NCBI GenBank assembly: GCA_045863395.1 | Contig: BTVJ01000075.1 | Span: forward strand, 1 to 35,495 | Length of the DNA: 35,495 nt | Direction of reading: 5' to 3' | DNA from: Myxococcales bacterium | Lineage (GTDB): Bacteria > Myxococcota_A > UBA9042 > JABWCM01 > BTVJ01 | Shown here: piece by piece, positions 28,726 to 35,495 of the stretch | Numbering within the stretch: the first letter of the stretch is position 1 | How the letters are laid out: each line of letters opens with the position of its first letter | Program-made: the position numbers and the translations under genes | Notes under the pieces: generated by a model | Seen by the model: only the letters and a program-made list of their open reading frames with translations | The model's database searches: none | Told to the model about the DNA's origin: nothing

Positions 28726-28767
28726 CCCCCGGCGCTTCGTCCTGCAGACGGCCGCAGAAGGACCTCC

Positions 28768-30591
28768 ATGTGCGCTCGCCGGTGGCTACAAATAGGTGCG
28801 ACAGGGTGCTTGGCCCTGGCCCTGGCGGCGCCAGCGCATGCGCAGGTCGCGAGCGAAGCCGATGGCGAGGCCCAGGTCCAGGCGAGCCCGGCACCCAGGT
28901 CCGCGGGCCCGTCGGCGGAGGGGCACTCAGCGACCGCCGCGGTTCGTCCCTTCGTCGATTTCGGCCTCCACGGGAGCTTCCGCTTCCGTGCGGACATGTT
29001 TGGAAATGCCGATCTGGGGCTTCCAGTGGTCGGCACCGCCGTCGGCAGCGCGCTCGCGTGGGGCAGCGGGTTCCTGCCGCCGCTCGCCGAGCGGAACCTG
29101 CCGGGTGAGGACACCTCGGACCTCGTGGCCGGAGCCAACATCAGGCTGCGCCTGGAGCCTTGGGTCAGCGTCGGGGAGTCGGTCACGGTCCACGCGCAGA
29201 TCGACGTCTTCGACAACCTGGTGCTGGGGAGCACCCCCGACTACGCCCCGGGCAGGGCGGACGCCCCGCTGGTCTTCTTCTCCGAGGGGCAGGCGCCGCC
29301 CGTGGGGGGCGTCAACAGCCTCTCCGACGCGCTCCGCGTGAAGCGGATCTGGACGGAGATCAACCTGTTCCACTTGCTGAACTTCGAGGTCGGGCGCATG
29401 GCGCACCATTGGGGCATGGGGATGCTCCACCATGGCGGCGACTGTGACGACTGCGACTACGGCGACTCCGTGGACCGGGCGGCGGTGCGCATCGACCTGC
29501 CCATCGGGTTCTTCGTGCGCTTCGCCTGGGACTTCCCGGGGGAGGGCGCCCTGTTCAACGATCCGCGCGACTTCTACGGGCAGCCCTACGACGCGTCGCA
29601 GGTCGATGACGTGGATCAGTGGGTCCTGGAGCTCTTCGACCGCCCGGTGACGCTGGAGCAGCGACAGCAGCGGCTGAGGGACCTGCACGAGCGCCGTGTT
29701 CCGGTGCTGGACTGGGGCTTCTACAACGCCTTCAGGAAGGAGCGGTACTCGAGCCTGCTCCTGGACCTTCCGTCGGAGTGCAAGAACCAGAGTGGTCCGG
29801 TGCTGACCGACAGCGGCCTCGGGGGCGTCGCTTCCGTCACGTCCACGCCCTTCGACTGCGTCCAGATCACGGGGCGAGACGCCTTCTTCTGGATCCCGGA
29901 CCTGTGGTTCCGGGTGGAGTGGCGCCCCAGCTTCACCCAGCGGTTCCTGTTCGAGGTGGAGCTGGCCGGAGTGCTGCTCAGCGACGCGGGGCAGGTGCAG
30001 GGCGACCCGACCGTCGACAGCAGCCGCGTCTTCTGGTCGGGGGCTGGCGTTGCGCGGGCCGAGTACCAGGACCAGGCGTTGACCGGCGGGCTCGAGCTCG
30101 GGACGGCCACCGGCGATGACGTCGGCTTCTTCGGCGTGAAGGATCGATCCACCATCGTGGTGTCGGAGAGCGGGCTGCGTGACAAGGCGAACGCCGCCGT
30201 GCGTGGCAACGAGAACGTCACGAGCTTCATGTTCAACCGCGACTATCACGTGGACCTGCTCCTGTTCCGCGAGGTGATCGGGGCGGTGACCAACACGGTG
30301 TACGCGAAGCCCTGGGTGCGCTACGACATCGTGGACGCGGGATCCTGGAACCTCGGCGTGCGCCTGGACCTGCTCTATGCCGCCGCAATGTTCGCCGACG
30401 GTACCCCTGGCAGGGACTCGCACCTGGGCGTGGAGGGTGACCTCAAGCTGCTCCTCAACGTGGGCGACACGCTGACCGGGGTCCTGGAGACCGGGCTCCT
30501 GCTGCCCCTGAGGGGCCTGGACGACGCAGTTACGGGGACCGAGGCCAGCCCCGCCTGGACGCTCCAGGGGCGCCTTCACGTCCGGTTCTGA
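28768..30591 (+). CDS. TIGR04551-like outer-membrane beta-barrel protein (copy 2)
   Basis: Collinear with 13802-15772: HGSFRFRADMF, ANIRLR, DVFDNLVLGSTPDY, GRMAHHWGMG, VDLLLFREVIGAVTNTVYAKP. Ends TLQGRLHVRF. Confidence 0.8.
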   Translation: MCARRWLQIGATGCLALALAAPAHAQVASEADGEAQVQASPAPRSAGPSAEGHSATAAVRPFVDFGLHGSFRFRADMFGNADLGLPVVGTAVGSALAWGSGFLPPLAERNLPGEDTSDLVAGANIRLRLEPWVSVGESVTVHAQIDVFDNLVLGSTPDYAPGRADAPLVFFSEGQAPPVGGVNSLSDALRVKRIWTEINLFHLLNFEVGRMAHHWGMGMLHHGGDCDDCDYGDSVDRAAVRIDLPIGFFVRFAWDFPGEGALFNDPRDFYGQPYDASQVDDVDQWVLELFDRPVTLEQRQQRLRDLHERRVPVLDWGFYNAFRKERYSSLLLDLPSECKNQSGPVLTDSGLGGVASVTSTPFDCVQITGRDAFFWIPDLWFRVEWRPSFTQRFLFEVELAGVLLSDAGQVQGDPTVDSSRVFWSGAGVARAEYQDQALTGGLELGTATGDDVGFFGVKDRSTIVVSESGLRDKANAAVRGNENVTSFMFNRDYHVDLLLFREVIGAVTNTVYAKPWVRYDIVDAGSWNLGVRLDLLYAAAMFADGTPGRDSHLGVEGDLKLLLNVGDTLTGVLETGLLLPLRGLDDAVTGTEASPAWTLQGRLHVRF

Positions 30592-30676
30592 CGCTGGCTC
30601 CCCGGCTGGCGCCGGCGAGGTCCACCACGCGCAGTGAGGGCTCGGGCTTCTTCGACCCGCGGACGACCCCCCGGAG

Positions 30677-32137
30677 GTGACGATGGACCAGCCGACGCGC
30701 CCGCGCGGCACCAGGGACTGGCGGGGACCCGATCTGGAGGCCCACCTGCTCGTCGAGCAGACCTGTGGGCATGTCTTCGAGCGCTTCGGGTGCGAGCGGG
30801 TGCGCCCTCCGAGCTTCGAGGACTTCGCGCTGCTCGAGAGCCGCTACGGCGCCGCCATCCGGGAGCGGCTGTTCACCTTCCACGCGGACAGGGAGTACGC
30901 GCTGCGGCCCGACCTGACGGGGCCGGTCGCTCGCATGGTTGCGTCGGGGGCCCTGGACGGCGCGCCGCTGCCCTACCGACTGTCGTACGTCGGCGCGTGC
31001 TGGCGATACGAGAGGTCCCAGGACCTCCGGTGGCGCGAGTTCCGCCAGGCCGGCGTGGAGTTCGTCGGGGCGCCCGAGGGCGCGGCCGACGACGAGCTGC
31101 TCGACTGCGCGCTGGCGGTGCTGGAGGCGCTCGGGGTGACGGATGTGCGGGTGCGCCTGGGTCACGCGGGGCTCCTGGCCGGGTGGCTCGGAGCTCGGGA
31201 GGACACGGCGCCCCACGTGGCCAGGGTGCTGGCCGACCTGGACGCCCTGGACAGGGTTCGGGTGCGCGCCGCCGACGCGGATCCGCAGTGGCTGGCAGCC
31301 ACGCACGCTGCGCTCGCCGCGCGGCAGCGGGCGGCCCTGCGGTTCGGGCCGGAGGCGGTGCCGCGCGCCCTGCGCATGGACGCCGAGTCCGTCGGCACGG
31401 TGGGCGGTGCTGCGAAGGTGCTGGACGTGGCCCGCGCGACCACCCGCGCGCTCTGGGTGCTCGAGCTGGGGTTGCCCGAGGCGCTGGCGGACCGCCTGCT
31501 CGCTGTCCTCGCTGCGACGGCGCCGGACATGGAGGCGGTGCTCTCCGAGGCCCTGGAGGTGCCTTGCGTGCGGGTCGCCAACGCAGAGCTGGCGAGGGCC
31601 TGGGGGCGCATGGCTCCCTCGTGGCGCGCGAAGGCCGAGCTCGCTCCGGGGTCGGTGAGGGGGCTGGCGTACTACACGGGCCTCACCTTCGAGTTGGACG
31701 CCCCCGCGTTCGGCGGCCAGAAGCAGCTCTGCGGCGGCGGTCGCTTCGACCGGATGATCGGGGACCTGGGAGGGGTAGCGCACCCCGCCGCGGGCTTCGC
31801 CTTCGGCGTCGAGCGCCTGGCGGCGGCCATGGTGCGGGAGCGAGCGCTCCCAGCGCGACCGAGAGCGGTGTGGGTCGCGGCGGCGGATGACCGCTCGCGG
31901 GATGGGGCGGCCGACGAGGCGGCGCGGCTTCGGCGCGCCGGAGTCCCGGTGGTGACGGACCTGCTCGGCCGCACGTTGGCGGAGCAGATCGGCCAGGCGT
32001 CCTCCATGGGCGCCAGGGCCGTGGTGATCGTCGGGCCCGGCGAGGGGCGCGCAATCCGCTGGCTCGACGAACGGCGCCAGGAGGCGGTGGGGGCCGACGA
32101 GCTGGCCGTGAGGCTCGGCGCAGGAGGCGACGCATGA
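30677..32137 (+). CDS. Divergent HisS/HisZ-family (class II histidyl-tRNA synthetase-like) protein
   Basis: PRGTRD, ALRPDLT, motif 2 WRYER...RWREFRQAGVE, His loops RGLAYYTG and GGGRFD, motif 3 AGFAFGVERL, and a C-terminal anticodon-binding-like domain. The start may be the ATG at 30683. Confidence 0.85.
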   Translation: MTMDQPTRPRGTRDWRGPDLEAHLLVEQTCGHVFERFGCERVRPPSFEDFALLESRYGAAIRERLFTFHADREYALRPDLTGPVARMVASGALDGAPLPYRLSYVGACWRYERSQDLRWREFRQAGVEFVGAPEGAADDELLDCALAVLEALGVTDVRVRLGHAGLLAGWLGAREDTAPHVARVLADLDALDRVRVRAADADPQWLAATHAALAARQRAALRFGPEAVPRALRMDAESVGTVGGAAKVLDVARATTRALWVLELGLPEALADRLLAVLAATAPDMEAVLSEALEVPCVRVANAELARAWGRMAPSWRAKAELAPGSVRGLAYYTGLTFELDAPAFGGQKQLCGGGRFDRMIGDLGGVAHPAAGFAFGVERLAAAMVRERALPARPRAVWVAAADDRSRDGAADEAARLRRAGVPVVTDLLGRTLAEQIGQASSMGARAVVIVGPGEGRAIRWLDERRQEAVGADELAVRLGAGGDA

Positions 32138-34179
32138 CCGGAGTGCGCGAGGTGGTGCTCGATGGCCGCACCTTGACCATCGAACAGGTGGTCGACGTCG
32201 CGCGGCACCGGTGCCCCGTGCGTCTGTCCGACGAAGCGGCCCTCCGCATCCAGCGCGGGCGGGCGGTGGTCGACGTGCTCGTGGAGCGGGGCGTCAAGGT
32301 GTACGGCCTGACCACGGGCTTCGGGTCCAAGAGGGACGTGGTCATCGACGGGGGCGATGTCCGCCGGCTCCAGATGAACCTCATCGTCTCGCACGCGTGC
32401 GCCGTGGGTCCCCCCCTGCCCGAGGACCAGGCGCGGGCGACCATGTTGCTTCGGGCCAACACCCTGGCGCGCGGCGTCAGCGGCGTCAGGGTGGACGTCG
32501 TCGAGCGCCTCATCGCGCTCCTCAACCGCGGTGTCTACCCGTGGATCCCCTGCAAAGGGTCGCTCGGGGCATCCGGTGACCTGGCCCCGCTGTCCCACCT
32601 GGCCCTGGTCGTCGCCGGGCACCCCGCTGGGCGAGTGTACCGAGGCGACGAGCGGCGGCCGAACCGGCGTGGGGAGCTGACGGTCGACGGGTCGACCGAC
32701 GACGACTTCGTGGCCTCGACGAGTGAGCTCCTGCGGGCGCGCTTCGGGCTCGATCTCATCGCCCTGGAGGCGAAGGAGGGCCTCGCGCTCAACAACGGCA
32801 CGCAGATGATGGCTGCCATCGGTGTGCTGGGGCTCTACGACGCCGAGCAGCTCGTGCGGACCGCGGAGGTCGTGTGTGCGGCGTCCATCGAGGCGATCAA
32901 GGGCATGACGGGGGCGCTGGATCCGCGCCTCCACGATGCGCGCCCCTTCCCCGGACAGGTGAAGAGCGCCGCAAACCTGCGCCGGCTGCTGGAGGGGAGC
33001 CGGATCCTGACCCTGCCCCTGAACATGGCGCGGGTCGGCTCGGCGCGGCGCAGCGTGGAGGACGCCATGGCGGCGCTCGAGGCGGAACACTCCGTGCGGG
33101 CGGAGGAGGTCACGGAGGGGCTCCGCAGCGTGCTGTCTCGCATCGACGTGGTGCGCGCGGACCCAGACGCGGCCCTCGCAGCACAGCTCACTGCAATGCC
33201 CGCGGCCCGCCGCGATCAGCTCGCTGAGGCGCAGGCACAGCACGCGGCATTCCGGGCGGCGCTGGCGCCGGTGCTCGCCGAGCTTCAGGGGGTCTACCAG
33301 GCACTGCTCACGCCGGCGATCAGCGAAGAGGCGCTCCCCGCCCGCGATCACGTCATGGAGGCCATGGCTGCGCTGGAGCGGGCTGTGCCGAAGCAGCAAC
33401 GCGTGCAGGACAACTACTCGTTCCGCTGCATGCCCCAGGTGGCCGGAGCGGTCCGGGAGGTGCTGGAGCACGTGCGGCGGGGCTTGGAGATCGAGATCAA
33501 CGCTGCCACGGACAACCCGCTGATCTTTCCTCCAGATGCGCCGGGGGTCGCAGACGACGACCTGGAGGGCTACCGGGCGTCTCTCACCGTGCCGGCATGC
33601 GTCGACGCGGTCGTCTCGGGCGGCAACTTCCACGGTGAGCCGGTCGGGTTCCTGATGGACTACCTGGCCATGGGCATCGCCGAGCTGGGGAGCATCGCGG
33701 AGCGCCGGACCGCGCAGCTCACCGACGGGCACCTCAACAACGGGCTGCCGAGCCTGCTCGTGTGGCGCTCAGGGCTCAACAGCGGGCTGATGATCCCCCA
33801 GTACACGGCGGCCTCGCTGGTCAGCGAGAGCAAGATCCTCACGCACCCCGCGACCACGGACAGCATCCCGAGCTGCGAGAACACGGAGGACCACGTCAGC
33901 ATGGGGACCATTGCGGCGCGCAAGGCGCTGCAGGTCTTGGAGAACGTGGAGTCGGTGATCGGGATCGAGCTCCTGACTGCGTACCAGGCCCTGAGCTTCC
34001 GGCGCCCGCTGCTGCCCGGGGCGGCGACGCAGGCGGCCCTCGCCGCAGTAGAGGACGCCGGCGGGTCTGTGATCACTGAGGACCGGCCCATGTACCCCGA
34101 GATGGAGCGTGCGACGCAGCTCGTGCGCAGCGGTGCCCTCCTTCAGGCCGTGGAGGCTGCTACCGGGCGCCTCGCCTGA
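32134..34179 (+). CDS. hutH: MIO-dependent aromatic amino-acid ammonia-lyase with histidine ammonia-lyase signature, enlarged by insertions (681 aa)
   Basis: VYGLTTGFG, LIVSHAC (the HAL-type SH), MIO triad in GSLGASGDLAPL (ASG at 32569-32577), KEGLALNNGT, RVQDNYSFRC-x-PQV, DNP, SGGNFHG and EDHVSMG. Confidence 0.85.
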   Translation: MTGVREVVLDGRTLTIEQVVDVARHRCPVRLSDEAALRIQRGRAVVDVLVERGVKVYGLTTGFGSKRDVVIDGGDVRRLQMNLIVSHACAVGPPLPEDQARATMLLRANTLARGVSGVRVDVVERLIALLNRGVYPWIPCKGSLGASGDLAPLSHLALVVAGHPAGRVYRGDERRPNRRGELTVDGSTDDDFVASTSELLRARFGLDLIALEAKEGLALNNGTQMMAAIGVLGLYDAEQLVRTAEVVCAASIEAIKGMTGALDPRLHDARPFPGQVKSAANLRRLLEGSRILTLPLNMARVGSARRSVEDAMAALEAEHSVRAEEVTEGLRSVLSRIDVVRADPDAALAAQLTAMPAARRDQLAEAQAQHAAFRAALAPVLAELQGVYQALLTPAISEEALPARDHVMEAMAALERAVPKQQRVQDNYSFRCMPQVAGAVREVLEHVRRGLEIEINAATDNPLIFPPDAPGVADDDLEGYRASLTVPACVDAVVSGGNFHGEPVGFLMDYLAMGIAELGSIAERRTAQLTDGHLNNGLPSLLVWRSGLNSGLMIPQYTAASLVSESKILTHPATTDSIPSCENTEDHVSMGTIAARKALQVLENVESVIGIELLTAYQALSFRRPLLPGAATQAALAAVEDAGGSVITEDRPMYPEMERATQLVRSGALLQAVEAATGRLA

Positions 34180-34294
34180 TCTGGCGGAGTGCTGCCCGAA
34201 GGGCTCGATTTGTTCAGGCGCGCGCGCTACTGTACGGCCGCTCCGGTTGGCTGCCGCCCGGTGCGTCGCGTGGGCGCAGGCTTGAGGTGAAGCG

Positions 34295-35495
34295 GTGCAG
34301 GACGTGCAAGAGCGGGAGTCGGCGCGGAGCGACTCCGACCAGAAGCTGGAGTGGGTGTTGCGATGCGCCACCACGGACCTGGGCCTCGCCATGCGGGAGG
34401 CGCTGAGGGGGCTGGGGCCCCGGGTCTTGAGGGACCGGGCGCTCGCCCTGCGGAGTGGCGCCGAGGTCCCGGGACGCGAGGAGGCGGCGCAGGTGCTGGC
34501 TGCCATCGCCGTCGAGAACCTGGGGGCGCCCCTCGAGGATCCGGAGGCGACGGTCGAGCGGTGCCTGAACCCGGTGTGGTTGCGTGCGGCCGGCGTGTGC
34601 ATCCAGTCGGTCTACGTCAGGCCAGGGGCGCCGGTCACGGCGGCGCAGCGGGCCATGACGGCCGACCTGCCCGTCGAGGACCTGGGCGGTGGAGGCCCCT
34701 TCCTTGTCTGGGACTCCTTCGCGACCGTGTCTCGCGCACTGAACCTGGGGTGGGTGTATACGGACAGCCCCCTTCGCACCAGGACCGTCACCGAGTCAGA
34801 GATTGGGCTCTTGCGGAGCGTCCCCGCCGCGGATCTGGAGGAGGGCGTGCCGACGCTCGACGCGCGGGAGGCGCTGCGCGTGCGCATCGACGCCGCCATG
34901 GCGATCCTGTCGGGGGACGAGGTCGAGATGTCCGATGGCGCGCCTCCGTCGAAGGGGGCGGGTGTGGCGCCGCGGGTCAATCTGCTCGGCTCCACGGTGG
35001 GGACGCCGTGGTCCCATGCCGTCGAAGACCAGAGCGAGGAGCCCGCGGGGCTTGGCGGGCGCAGGGCCGTGCTCTGGGGGGGCGTCGCCGCCGTCGTCGT
35101 GCTCGTCGTCGCCGCCGTGTGGCTTGGATGGAAGGCCCTCACCGCGACGAGGGGCAAGCCAGGCGGTGATGCCGTCGTTGCCTCGGGAGATGCGACGCCT
35201 GGGGCCAGACCGGGCGGTGCGGAGGGCGCGCCGAAGCACGAGCCGGCAGGGAGCCCGGGTGGGGGCGCCGGTGAGCCCGAGAGCGTCGTGGCGGCTCCCG
35301 GAGAGTCTCCCTCGGCGGCCGGCCGTCCGGCGGCGGTCCCTGGAGGAGCCGAAGAGGGGACGGAGGCCGCACGGGCTGCGGAGGCGGCGGCCGCGGGGGC
35401 GGCGCGGGTCGCCGAGGCGGAGGCGGAGGCCGCGAAGGCTGCGGAGGCGGAGGCCGCGAAGGCTGCGGAGGCGGAGGCCGCGAAGGCTGCGGAGG
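34295..35495 (+). CDS. Hypothetical single-pass membrane protein with a TolA-like Ala/Glu/Lys repeat stalk; runs off the right edge
   Basis: Not in the ORF track because there is no stop. GTG follows GAGGTG and the frame is open to the edge. It encodes a ~250-aa cytoplasmic part, TM helix VLWGGVAAVVVLVVAAVWLGW, a Gly/Pro linker and (AEAEAAKA)n. Confidence 0.7.
   Translation, partial: MQDVQERESARSDSDQKLEWVLRCATTDLGLAMREALRGLGPRVLRDRALALRSGAEVPGREEAAQVLAAIAVENLGAPLEDPEATVERCLNPVWLRAAGVCIQSVYVRPGAPVTAAQRAMTADLPVEDLGGGGPFLVWDSFATVSRALNLGWVYTDSPLRTRTVTESEIGLLRSVPAADLEEGVPTLDAREALRVRIDAAMAILSGDEVEMSDGAPPSKGAGVAPRVNLLGSTVGTPWSHAVEDQSEEPAGLGGRRAVLWGGVAAVVVLVVAAVWLGWKALTATRGKPGGDAVVASGDATPGARPGGAEGAPKHEPAGSPGGGAGEPESVVAAPGESPSAAGRPAAVPGGAEEGTEAARAAEAAAAGAARVAEAEAEAAKAAEAEAAKAAEAEAAKAAE
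35417..35495 (+). repeat. 24-nt perfect tandem repeat (at least 3.3 copies, truncated by the window edge)
   Basis: gcggaggcggaggccgcgaaggct at 35417, 35441 and 35465, with a partial copy at 35489. Encodes AEAEAAKA. Confidence 0.95.

Noticed and set aside
34200..34220. GTTCAGG as a Myxococcus-type LexA box
   Set aside because: Only the right half matches.
35417..35495. 24-nt repeats, and the repeats in 18789-23489, as CRISPR arrays
   Set aside because: The 24-nt units are head-to-tail with no spacers, the others are diverged in-frame coding repeats, and no cas genes are present.

Overview
This is a very GC-rich, gene-dense chromosomal window. Its gene content points to a myxobacterium or related deltaproteobacterium (inference): two TIGR04551-like barrels, an FHA-sigma54 activator, an ECF/DUF4384/caspase cassette and Cys/Asp-repeat lipoproteins. 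About 24 CDSs are supported. Housekeeping genes are argH, mce, groES-groEL with a CIRCE operator, dksA and a KamA lysine aminomutase. Many others encode envelope proteins. No rRNA, tRNA, CRISPR array or mobile element was seen. The most unusual locus is at 30.7-34.2 kb, where a divergent HisS/HisZ-family paralog is translationally coupled to an enlarged histidine ammonia-lyase with a ~130-aa helical insertion and no hisG or other hut genes nearby. Next are an ECF sigma / membrane DUF4384-like anti-sigma / exported caspase-beta-barrel cassette and a probably leaderless DUF971-kamA operon. Family names come from motif recognition by eye, not from database searches.
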